A DNA stretch of 64,000 nucleotides from NCBI GenBank assembly GCA_030599585.1, contig JAUVNS010000018.1, positions 25,253 through 89,252 on the forward strand, given 5' to 3'. The translations under genes and the position numbers were made by a program. Under the pieces are notes generated by a model that was not told where the DNA came from, searched no databases, and saw only the letters and a list, made by a program, of their open reading frames with translations. Origin of the DNA: Promethearchaeota archaeon. GTDB lineage: Archaea; Asgardarchaeota; Lokiarchaeia; Sigyniarchaeales; SOKP01. This document shows positions 29,086-38,227 of this stretch, piece after piece; position 1 is the stretch's first letter, and each line of letters opens with the position of its first letter.

Positions 29086-30540
29086 CTATTCATTACCTCC
29101 TTGTTCGAGTTCTTTGATTTTTAATAGTAATTCTTTTTTTTCAGATTCCAATTTTTCAATTTTTTCAAAGATAGGTGCTTTTGTTCCTTCTAAAATTAAA
29201 ACTGCAGCTTTTAAGTTTGTCACAAACTTTTGAGAATTTTTTTGTAGGTCGCTAATTGAATTTTTCATTAAACCATACTTCTTCGAAGTAATATCTGAAG
29301 TTTCTTTTTGCATATTTTTTATCTTGTCGAGTGTCGAATCTTTTATCGAGGCTATTTTATCCGATAATGTATTTAATGAATTCTCTAATATTTCGAGATT
29401 CTCGAGATTTTTAGTTAAATTCCCATTGAGGTTCATTATTTTACTGTTCCATTCGTCGTAATCTTTTGAGAAATCATTTTTCAATGCTTCAAATTTCTCT
29501 TTAAAAGAAATTTTTAGTTTCTCTTGAACAAATTCCTTTATCTCTCTCAAGATTTTTCCTATTTCGTCATGGTATTCATCGATTTGGTCTAAAAAGTCGT
29601 CAACATAGCCTTCTGCGCTAAATAATTCAGAATTTAAATCGTCCTTGTATTTCCTCTGGATTTTATTAATTCCAGCGTTCACTAAATTTTTTAATTGAGA
29701 TAAATTATTCCTCATTTCGATGTTGTTATTCTCAATTTCTCCTGAAATGTTTTTAGCTATCGAATTTAAATAGGAAATTAAGGGTGATAAAGATAAATCT
29801 ACAAAGTTAGCAAGACCAATTTGAACGGATTCAATAATTTTTTGTTGATCTATTTCAGGTTGCTTAAACCTTAATTGACTCAATTCAGGGACTTGAACAT
29901 CGCCAAAAATATCCGCTGTTTCGTTTTCTTCCATAATCGGGGGTTTATTTGTATACACACCATTAATCAGTTCTACAAGCTTAAAATAATAATCCACATC
30001 ATTAGGTGGTTCAACAATTGCTTTCACTTCGTGAACATTCGAACTCCTAATGTCTGTAGGATTCGTTAATCTAAGTGCTCTAAATCCCGGGTCATCAGAG
30101 CTTTCCAAATATGCGTGGTCAAAAACTAGTGCTATACCACTTGGATTCAATTCATTTTGCCAGCCGAATTGATTTTTTACATCCGTAGGAGAAAAGAATA
30201 TTTTGTGCTGGAAAAGATTAGGATGACTATGATACCATCCTACCATAAACCAGTTTTTTTCTAAATACATCGAATTAGCTTTTTCAAAGAAAATATAATC
30301 ATTTATTGAAAATTCGACTTCTACACTACTTCCGTGAGAGATAGGTACGGAATCTTCAATTACGACGTTTTTAAACTTCTTATCTTCGCCCTCTTCGTGA
30401 TGTCCAATGAGTACTCCCATCACTTCGATACACTGATTATGATTTCTCGCTTTGTTCCCAAAGCGTAATACGTGTAGCACCATTTTGTAATAAGCAAGTG
30501 GTTTTATCTTTACAACACTACTATCTACATCTTTTCCCAA
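29086..30540 (-). CDS. MPN+/JAMM metalloprotease-like protein with long C-terminal coiled coil
   Basis: CIEVMGVLIG (catalytic Glu as in Rpn11 EVMG), VGWYHSHP...FSPTD, ALVFD; coiled-coil tail; 2-nt gap to its paralog. Confidence 0.9.
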   Translation of the reverse strand: MGKDVDSSVVKIKPLAYYKMVLHVLRFGNKARNHNQCIEVMGVLIGHHEEGEDKKFKNVVIEDSVPISHGSSVEVEFSINDYIFFEKANSMYLEKNWFMVGWYHSHPNLFQHKIFFSPTDVKNQFGWQNELNPSGIALVFDHAYLESSDDPGFRALRLTNPTDIRSSNVHEVKAIVEPPNDVDYYFKLVELINGVYTNKPPIMEENETADIFGDVQVPELSQLRFKQPEIDQQKIIESVQIGLANFVDLSLSPLISYLNSIAKNISGEIENNNIEMRNNLSQLKNLVNAGINKIQRKYKDDLNSELFSAEGYVDDFLDQIDEYHDEIGKILREIKEFVQEKLKISFKEKFEALKNDFSKDYDEWNSKIMNLNGNLTKNLENLEILENSLNTLSDKIASIKDSTLDKIKNMQKETSDITSKKYGLMKNSISDLQKNSQKFVTNLKAAVLILEGTKAPIFEKIEKLESEKKELLLKIKELEQGGNE

Positions 30541-30787
30541 TTTTTATCACTTCAGCTTTTAAGAACTTAATGAATTTATTCTACAATATATTTGTTTTTA
30601 ACAATTATAATTTTGAGCAGTTAATATAAATGTATAGTGGATGATAATTTATTCTTCTTTTTCATTTATATCTTTTTTTAGATACTTAATTTTTAAAACA
30701 ATCTTAGTCAACACCTAATTAAAAATAAGAATACTACATCTTTTTGTAAGAACGGTTGAAAGGATTTTATAGAAGAAAAGATTTAGT

Positions 30788-31465
30788 TTAATGGGGTAGT
30801 GGTTTCCCGCAATAAGGACAGAATTTCCAGCCAATATCTTTCCCACAACTAGGACAAAAAGTGGAAGTCCCGGTACTAGGGCTATCAGGTGAGGTAGGAC
30901 CTCCGCCCGCTCCTTTTGGGATTGAAGGTAAACTTCTTGCAGTTTTTAGAGTCGATGGTTCTTGTTGACCCTCCTTGGCTTTTTTTTCCTCCTTAATATA
31001 CTTCATTCTCTCTTGAAATGCCTGGCGTTTTTCGTCTTCTAATTCTTGATTTGATTTCATACCCTCTTCTTTTACCCATCCCGTAGCTGCTGGTCTCTTT
31101 ATTTCGCTTTCTGGAACTTTATCTAATTCAACTTCTTTAGCTTCAGAAATCGGAGCTGCAACTTTTTTTTCTTCGCTCCTGGTAATAGCTTGCTTAGTTA
31201 ATGCGTGCACAGTCTTCATAATTTGGTGAGGATTTATATTAGGAATTGCTACTGTTCTCAGCACCCATCCAACCATGATATTTTGGTTAGGAAAACCAGA
31301 AGCGCTCATATCTTCCTCTTTGAAAACATAGGAATCAATAATATCATTTCTGCCTTTCAGTAAACGGATGGCCCATTTATCGTTTATAAGTCCTAATTGA
31401 ATTCTATACGAAGTTCCAGAAATTCCTAGTTGACTACTAAGAGGTTCGAATCCTTTTTCTGAAAT
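30788..31465 (-). CDS. Hypothetical protein with C-terminal zinc ribbon; probable ATT start upstream of the track ATG
   Basis: Frame stays open 52 codons upstream of 31309 (SEKGFEPLSSQLGISGTSYRIQLGLINDKWAIRLLKG...), preceded by GCTGGTG (RBS-like); C-terminal CPSC...CPYC. Confidence 0.75.
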   Translation of the reverse strand: MSEKGFEPLSSQLGISGTSYRIQLGLINDKWAIRLLKGRNDIIDSYVFKEEDMSASGFPNQNIMVGWVLRTVAIPNINPHQIMKTVHALTKQAITRSEEKKVAAPISEAKEVELDKVPESEIKRPAATGWVKEEGMKSNQELEDEKRQAFQERMKYIKEEKKAKEGQQEPSTLKTARSLPSIPKGAGGGPTSPDSPSTGTSTFCPSCGKDIGWKFCPYCGKPLPH

Positions 31466-31810
31466 AATTACACCAGCTCAATTTAATTGTGATATCTAAC
31501 ATTCTTATAAGATTTAGATGAGACTTTGGTTTGCTATTCATAATAAATTGTTTTTATACCCCTATAAATTAATTTATTATTTTAAATAGATATTTATTTC
31601 AAATGTTGTTGAATTTATATCTTTTACTATATTATAACATATTTCGATGTTATAATTTCATTAATTATTTTTAAGGTTAGGAAAAGAAGGTGTTGAGCTG
31701 TTTACAAGATAAAGAGAGGATTATTTAGAATCTCTACAAATAAAAGGATTGTCTGAGAAATAACGAAGTGAGAAAAATTATTAAATTCACCTAAGGGAAT
31801 TTAAATCTGG

Positions 31811-32611
31811 TCACTTATAATAACCAGATATCTTAAACAAAAAACTGCTTTCCCCTAATCTGTGCTTATATACTTTAAAAATTTCATGGACTTTATTTTT
31901 AAAATACTCATTCTTATTATAATATAATTTATCAATGAGAATAGTCGTCCAATAACTAATATCAAGGTATTTCTTATTAAATGAATCTCCAAACAAGACC
32001 AATAGATCGAATAACCTTATTTTTGGGTGTTCTATGAGAAAAAAAATATCATCATCACAAAGATCGTATTTCTCTCTATCATATGTTAAAATTTCATCCA
32101 GAACGGATTCATTAATTTCTTTATCTAATAAATTTTCTTTAATGGTTTCAAGCAACAATGAAATTTGTTCATAATTTAAAAACGAAAAATATTGGTTAAA
32201 CACCAAAAAAATAATAACTGAAATGTTTTGAGTCTCTTCAACCTTTTTAAAAATCTCTTCTCTAAATACCTTTCTTGCCGTTTTATCCCCCAAAAGCATT
32301 AAATCCTTCAGTAAAGGAAAGGCTAGAGAGTAATGAAGTAACCGAGAATCATATCCACTTTCGACCCACGCTTGAAGATTCGAACAATGCCCCCAAAACT
32401 CATCACGGGCGGAGATATAAAAACGAGAATCTTGCACAATTTCCCCTAAACTCTCGATATAGTCAAGATTATCTAAGGTTTTGATCTGATCTGAAGATAA
32501 ATTTATAACTAACTTCTTGCACTGTGAAAAAAGAACATTGTTCAAGTAAATATTAGTTCTTTTGTTTTCTAACCGTAAAGAAATTAATTTATTTATCTTA
32601 TATTCATCCAT
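31811..32611 (-). CDS. 'HCSNLQAW'-domain protein with helical tail; candidate immunity protein
   Basis: ISLRLENKRTNIYL...CKKLV...DEFWGHCSNLQAW...RLLHYSLAFPLLKDL, paralogous to 25829-26902; begins 32 nt downstream of the GIY-YIG ORF on the same strand. Confidence 0.85.
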   Translation of the reverse strand: MDEYKINKLISLRLENKRTNIYLNNVLFSQCKKLVINLSSDQIKTLDNLDYIESLGEIVQDSRFYISARDEFWGHCSNLQAWVESGYDSRLLHYSLAFPLLKDLMLLGDKTARKVFREEIFKKVEETQNISVIIFLVFNQYFSFLNYEQISLLLETIKENLLDKEINESVLDEILTYDREKYDLCDDDIFFLIEHPKIRLFDLLVLFGDSFNKKYLDISYWTTILIDKLYYNKNEYFKNKVHEIFKVYKHRLGESSFLFKISGYYK

Positions 32612-32643
32612 TTTTCTTAAAAAAATAATAAAAAAAAGATTAT

Positions 32644-35600
32644 TTAAAGATTTAGATTGTTTGATAATGCTAAAGCTCGCAATCTATTAAAATTATACCC
32701 TAAAGTACGAAGTAAACATTTATCTGAAAGCTTCTTGATTGTCGACTCAGAATAACCTAAACCTCCCAATGCAACTAACAAAGAATATGCATTATATTCA
32801 TATGGAGAACTTCTTATTAATGATAATGCCAATGTTAAATAATAATGCTTATCTGGTCGGGAAGAGACCAATGCCTTAAAAGTCTCACGATCTTCTTCGA
32901 ACCTAGTTGGCAGAATATTTTCAATAATTAAATCCTTTAATTCAGTAAAAGTTAATCCTCTAAATCTCGTCTTAATAACACCACTATAATCCCTTCTAAG
33001 GGATAAATCACTATACTCCTCTCCAAATCCTAGCTTAATGAGGAAGTCATAGCAAGTGATAGAATACCCTTCTTTTCTAAGAATGTCAACAGCTCTTCCC
33101 CAGTAAATAGAATCAGGATAATATCTATCATTAAGTTCATTGAGAGAAATACCTTGTCTAACATTGAATTTTGTCAAAGTTTTAACATCTGTAAACCCCG
33201 GAAGAATTGGAAGCAGATCTCGATTGTGGACTCTATGGTTAATACTAGATATAAATCTTTCAACTCGTGCTTTAATAACCAAACCTCTATAATCTCCAAT
33301 GTGAGCTAATGGGATATCAATTTCAAATTCTTCTTCTACTTTCTCCTTTAATAGTTGAGAGACTAATTTTTTATTTATTCCAGACAAACCTGGATCGATC
33401 TTTTTTGCTGAAAGGTCTAAAATTCTCACTATCTCGTATAATTGGTATCCTTTCTCAAAGTAGTTATAGATTAGCTCTTTTTGATAACCTCTTAGTATTT
33501 TCTTAAATGTCTTCTGTTCTGGGTATTGTTCTTCTAAGTTTCGATCCAGTAAAGTGCGTGAAAATTTTGACTTGAACGATTCTTGAACTAACTCTATGTA
33601 TAATTGCTTTCCAAAGGCTAAACAAGCAATCTTTTTAAAATTATTATGTAAGTCTATAAATGGAATTATGGTACCTGATTTAGATCCAATCCTTCCTCCC
33701 ATATGGATGTTGGCACCAAATTCTTGGTATTGCGAATGAAACAAACCTATCCAAGCTATCTCAGCAAAATCAGCTAATTCACGAGTTCTTGCTTCAGCTA
33801 TTCTAAGTGCCTCTTTACGTTCCACACTATCAACAATTCTATTAATCTCGTTCATGTCCCCTTGAAAAGTAATAACTTGCAGTATCTCAAATCTAAACAC
33901 CTTTTTAGCTTCTTCAATGTTCTCAGTATATTCACTAATTAGCTGCTCAATATAAGAACGTGGATTCGTAAAAGCCCGTTCTAAGTGTTCCTCGTATCTT
34001 AGTATTGGAGAAACTCTTCCAGTCTCCCCAACATACATCAGATCTGGAAAAGGAATGAAATCTGAACCTTGTGTATCTGTAAGTTTCTTATTGTACTTAT
34101 TCCAATAGATTCTATAAATATATCTTGTGCCTGCGGAATAATCTTCGTGCAAATTCCGAATGGCTTTCATCTTCTTTAGCAATATTGTATTTTCTAAATT
34201 ATGATCAATTATATGCCCACAATGCTTACATTTGTAACGAATGGTATCTTTGTCATTAATCAATCGAACTAAAGACTTAGTCTTACCTTCAAACTCGAAA
34301 TTGTGTCTTACGAATTGTTTATGTTCTTTGTTATCATATCTACAAGCTCCTATCTCAGCATAGTAATGGCTTACTCTCTTTGATGGTTGTTTTAAAAGAC
34401 TTGACGGTTTTGTACGAACCATTCCAAACATCGACAACCCGGAAAATGTTAATCCACAGAAGAAACCGAGCGGACCTAAAGAAAGCGTAAGGAAAGTCGT
34501 CATAGTTCCAAAAGTTGCTATCCCAACGCCAATCCCAAGATTTTTAACGATAAATTCTTTAGTGTTTTGGATACCATCTCCAACTTTTCCAGCAATTCCA
34601 GAGATAGCAACTTTAACGGGGTTAAATATTTTGCTAAACACTTTTTTAACCGAAATATCTTCAGTGAGACAATACGTTGCAATCGTTGTAAATGCTAGAG
34701 CGCCAAAAGGTCCGAGGAGGAACGAGGCAGCAAAACCTGTTGCCAACGAGACAAAACTAAGAATTTTGTTTGCCCCTCTAAGGATCGCCATTTGGCTTTC
34801 TTTAGCCGTTTGCTGAGAGTCGAAATTGCTAGAGTAATCGTTAAATTCGTTAATAAATTCTTGAATCGTCGGTCTCTTATCTTTAGAGAAGTAATTCGTA
34901 TCGAGAATTTCTGATAACGACTGCTGTTGAGTCTGTTCAGAGCTAAACATTGTCGAAAGCGGTCCGCTGATCGCCTCTCTACCGCTCTCTGCGATGGAAC
35001 TAAGGACCATCTGCATGATAGCGTCTCCGCCTGCTCGTCGCACTAATCCCGAGACCGTGCTTTCGATCCAAGGGTCTAAAAGGAGTTCTTGTCCCATTTC
35101 CTTCGTCACGGCTCCGATAACGGTAGCAACGCTAAAACTCTTAGCCGCACCTAAAAACGTCTCCAATAACCTTCCAAGCACTTTGCTCGATACTTCGCTC
35201 GCTGAGTCTTTAAGAGAATTTACGATGGATCCCATACCAGCAGAAAAGCCCATAGTGAGCGCGGTAGAAATCGCGGTAACTATTGCCGTGTAAATTAATT
35301 CGTGGAATCCCATCTGAGTTTGTGTTGCAAGGTTAAATTGGTAGTTGTATTCGAGGATGGCAGCTTCGATGGCTTGAGCAGTCGCAATTTTATTTACTTG
35401 CTCTGAAGTGAGGTCTCGAACGTCCGAGATCGAGCGGTATTTCTCCACTTTTATCTCGAAAAGTATTTTTGGTTGAGAAACTGAATAAGTTAATTTATCT
35501 TCGTCTAATTCTTCTTCTTTTGTAGCGTACGAATTTAGTATGGTAGAAAGCGTTTGAACCGAACCAATAGTAATAATTCCAGTGCTCAAATCGACATCAA

Positions 35601-36708
35601 ATTCTCCATTTTCTAAAGTGACCAGATGGGAGTTAGCGGTTTGCGTACCAGCCCCGAATGTATTGGGCGTCACGCTCCAAACCACGTAGGCGTCGATCGA
35701 TACGATATCCGCTTGGAGGTTTGATTCCGTGTCAAATAGCTGGATTTCGATGGAAGTAATTTCTTCGGGATTTTCAATTTCCATTATCTTGTAAATAGAA
35801 CCGTATTGGTCCGCTGCCGAGGAGTCGTCCGATACAAAAACGGGATACTCGGTGTAAAATTCAGGAGCGGGGATTCCGCCCATGGAATCGATAAAGCTAT
35901 ACCTTGGAGCAAACCTATCGCGTTCGGAGTCGTAGTCTATTGTAGGGATGATGGTGTCGAGGTATGTGTCTCTGTTATCTGCCGTATCTTCTTGGATCTG
36001 GTTCTCTATGTAATACACGGAACTCTTTGCGTGGTTAAATTCGGGAATTCCAATATTGTCCACAAGCGGGTTAATTGCTCCAGTCGATTGGAGGTATCCT
36101 ACAACGAGATAGTCGTCAAAATCGGAGTATCCCGCCAAGTTCCGAGTGGATAGCCAATAATCTAATTTTGGATACGAGTAAGATGTTGTAAGCGAGGACG
36201 CTTTAGATTCTTCGAAATTAAACTCTCGAACGATAATATCGGCGCTATAGGAAAATTCTTTTGTGTCTCCATACACGGGGGCGTACACTCCACCAAACGA
36301 ACCAAATATAGTTATTGGCATAACATCTCCGTACATGTCGTCGAACCAGAACTTATCTCCTAACACTTTCTCGCCAGAAGAACCGTCTAAGCGGAAAGTT
36401 CGGTGAGCAAAGTAATTCTCTTGTTCTAGAATTTTTGCTGTTTGGAAAAGAATTGACACTCCAAGATATCCTAACATAAAACCGAATGGTCCTTTATCTA
36501 AGAGAGCAGAGCCCAACAATCCTGCTGTTGTCGCAAGGAATTGTTGGAATACGTCTAACACTAGAGTACCTAAATCGGTCTGCTCTTCGAACTGATTTGT
36601 CGCCATCTCTTCTGCCATCTCGATCAGATCGCTGCTTTCTTGCGTAAACACCATTTTACTTATGTCAAAAAGCACGTCGCTAAAGGTAGGCTCGTTAAAC
36701 GTTCCCAC
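32644..36708 (-). CDS. Orphan C-terminal cassette of a giant protein: conserved hydrophobic trunk plus GIY-YIG nuclease tip
   Basis: First ~760 aa are colinear with giant aa ~6160-6930. Then CKHC, GIY-YIG motifs YIY-x-YVGET...R-YEEH...E-IAWI...GANIHMGG (~33690-34125), and helical repeats. Weak GTG start with an in-frame stop 11 codons upstream. Confidence 0.85.
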   Translation of the reverse strand: MGTFNEPTFSDVLFDISKMVFTQESSDLIEMAEEMATNQFEEQTDLGTLVLDVFQQFLATTAGLLGSALLDKGPFGFMLGYLGVSILFQTAKILEQENYFAHRTFRLDGSSGEKVLGDKFWFDDMYGDVMPITIFGSFGGVYAPVYGDTKEFSYSADIIVREFNFEESKASSLTTSYSYPKLDYWLSTRNLAGYSDFDDYLVVGYLQSTGAINPLVDNIGIPEFNHAKSSVYYIENQIQEDTADNRDTYLDTIIPTIDYDSERDRFAPRYSFIDSMGGIPAPEFYTEYPVFVSDDSSAADQYGSIYKIMEIENPEEITSIEIQLFDTESNLQADIVSIDAYVVWSVTPNTFGAGTQTANSHLVTLENGEFDVDLSTGIITIGSVQTLSTILNSYATKEEELDEDKLTYSVSQPKILFEIKVEKYRSISDVRDLTSEQVNKIATAQAIEAAILEYNYQFNLATQTQMGFHELIYTAIVTAISTALTMGFSAGMGSIVNSLKDSASEVSSKVLGRLLETFLGAAKSFSVATVIGAVTKEMGQELLLDPWIESTVSGLVRRAGGDAIMQMVLSSIAESGREAISGPLSTMFSSEQTQQQSLSEILDTNYFSKDKRPTIQEFINEFNDYSSNFDSQQTAKESQMAILRGANKILSFVSLATGFAASFLLGPFGALAFTTIATYCLTEDISVKKVFSKIFNPVKVAISGIAGKVGDGIQNTKEFIVKNLGIGVGIATFGTMTTFLTLSLGPLGFFCGLTFSGLSMFGMVRTKPSSLLKQPSKRVSHYYAEIGACRYDNKEHKQFVRHNFEFEGKTKSLVRLINDKDTIRYKCKHCGHIIDHNLENTILLKKMKAIRNLHEDYSAGTRYIYRIYWNKYNKKLTDTQGSDFIPFPDLMYVGETGRVSPILRYEEHLERAFTNPRSYIEQLISEYTENIEEAKKVFRFEILQVITFQGDMNEINRIVDSVERKEALRIAEARTRELADFAEIAWIGLFHSQYQEFGANIHMGGRIGSKSGTIIPFIDLHNNFKKIACLAFGKQLYIELVQESFKSKFSRTLLDRNLEEQYPEQKTFKKILRGYQKELIYNYFEKGYQLYEIVRILDLSAKKIDPGLSGINKKLVSQLLKEKVEEEFEIDIPLAHIGDYRGLVIKARVERFISSINHRVHNRDLLPILPGFTDVKTLTKFNVRQGISLNELNDRYYPDSIYWGRAVDILRKEGYSITCYDFLIKLGFGEEYSDLSLRRDYSGVIKTRFRGLTFTELKDLIIENILPTRFEEDRETFKALVSSRPDKHYYLTLALSLIRSSPYEYNAYSLLVALGGLGYSESTIKKLSDKCLLRTLGYNFNRLRALALSNNLNL

Positions 36709-36733
36709 TTCTTTATCAGTTTCTCTAAAGTGA

Positions 36734-37840
36734 ATGTCTTATGAAGATCGTTTTCGGTTTTTGATCCCAATGTATTTCGGTAAGAATACCGATGGTTTTA
36801 TTCTCCTTCTTGATATATCAATGATACCTGCTTACAAAAAGGCAATTTATTGGTTGTCTATAATTAAGAAAAAAAATATAAACAAACCTGTTTTACTAAT
36901 ATTATTTTCGTTAAATGAAGAAAATGTCCACTCTCATTTACTAAATGAATTAAGCCGTGAACAAAATGTAATACTTATTAAAAATCCAATAAAAACTGAA
37001 TTAGATATTCTTAATATTTTAAAATATCTTTCTTGTATAATATTTGACTTCCAAATTCCTGATTCTATTCTTGCCAGACTTGACATAATATCAGATAATT
37101 ATACAAATAAAGCTTTTAAAATCTCTAATGAAGAAGTAACTCAATTAGAAGAAGGACCTATATCTATGACAAATTTCCATTTTATTTACAAAGAACTCTT
37201 AACTAACATTAAAGAAATAATTCAAGAGCCAACTGTTAATAAACTCCTGCCTCAATTTGAGCAATTAGAACAGCATATTGAAAAACAAGAAATGCGAGTC
37301 AATTCTATGAAAGGTAAATTACTAGAAATGAATGTACGCTTACTCTATGAGAGAGAATATGGTTACGAAATGGATTTTACTGGAAAAAATTTTATGTGCG
37401 AAGAGAATGAAATTGAAGTTCTATACGATAACAAATGTATAAAAAAACATAGCACAAAAGATATAGAAATTGATGTATTTGGAAAAAAAATCAAAAATGT
37501 AAATGATCTCACATACTTAATTGGGGAATGTAAAGATAGAAGAAAAAAAATTACTTTGAAAGAAATAAAATGCTTTATTATTAAAGCGGTTATTATCGCT
37601 AAGTTCTATTTATATACTCATAGCAGAGAGAAGATGTCTATACCAAAATTTCATTTATTAATCGTTTCTTACCATGGATTTCCTGAAAAAACAATAATAT
37701 ATGAAATACTTAACAAATATTGGAAGCCTAATCTATCGAAAAAGCGGTTAATTAATGAAAATATTGACCTACTAGAAGAAAAGAAATTTATTCATTTACT
37801 GAAAAAAAATAATATTTCTATTAAAGAATATAGTAATTAG
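36734..37840 (+). CDS. N-truncated degenerate small-GTPase-like domain, coiled coil and PD-(D/E)XK restriction-endonuclease-like domain
   Basis: EDRFRFLIPMYF...DGFILLLDIS...W...KPVLLI resembles the Rab/Ras switch II-to-beta5 region with no P-loop; IEIDVFG...YLIGECK is a PD-(D/E)XK signature. Confidence 0.7.
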   Translation: MSYEDRFRFLIPMYFGKNTDGFILLLDISMIPAYKKAIYWLSIIKKKNINKPVLLILFSLNEENVHSHLLNELSREQNVILIKNPIKTELDILNILKYLSCIIFDFQIPDSILARLDIISDNYTNKAFKISNEEVTQLEEGPISMTNFHFIYKELLTNIKEIIQEPTVNKLLPQFEQLEQHIEKQEMRVNSMKGKLLEMNVRLLYEREYGYEMDFTGKNFMCEENEIEVLYDNKCIKKHSTKDIEIDVFGKKIKNVNDLTYLIGECKDRRKKITLKEIKCFIIKAVIIAKFYLYTHSREKMSIPKFHLLIVSYHGFPEKTIIYEILNKYWKPNLSKKRLINENIDLLEEKKFIHLLKKNNISIKEYSN

Positions 37841-38227
37841 TTTTGTTTATAAAAACCTTTTAATACTAATTCTTTGAATAAATACAAAGCTTTGGCGTAA
37901 GACTAATTTGGGAAAGTGAAAAGGTTTTTATAGATGTAAATAAGATAGTTTGTAAGGAAAGATAAAAATAGTAATAAAATTTCGTCTGGTTCTGGAAAGA
38001 TTTGATCAGACTGAACAAATATAAGAAATAAAATAGGATGTATATCAACCATGACTTCTGCCCCGCCCTGGATTTTTGTCTTTTGGTAGTGTGTAATACA
38101 CACTCATTTCGCCCTCCTCCCCCTATTTTATTTCTGACCTTCTTATTAGGTCTTGGTGGCAGGAGTCGTTCTATTAAGTAAATAATATGGTTAACTATAC
38201 TGGAATTAATTTGGTTAGAGAATAAAT

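Noticed and set aside
32644-36708. Phage tape-measure protein or intein/intron-encoded endonuclease
   Set aside because: No phage structural genes nearby, no intein splice motifs or intron boundaries seen, and the nuclease is terminal rather than inserted.
37866-38103. Two overlapping 60-66-aa minus-strand ORFs
   Set aside because: Low-complexity F/L/Y-rich translations typical of AT-rich non-coding DNA.
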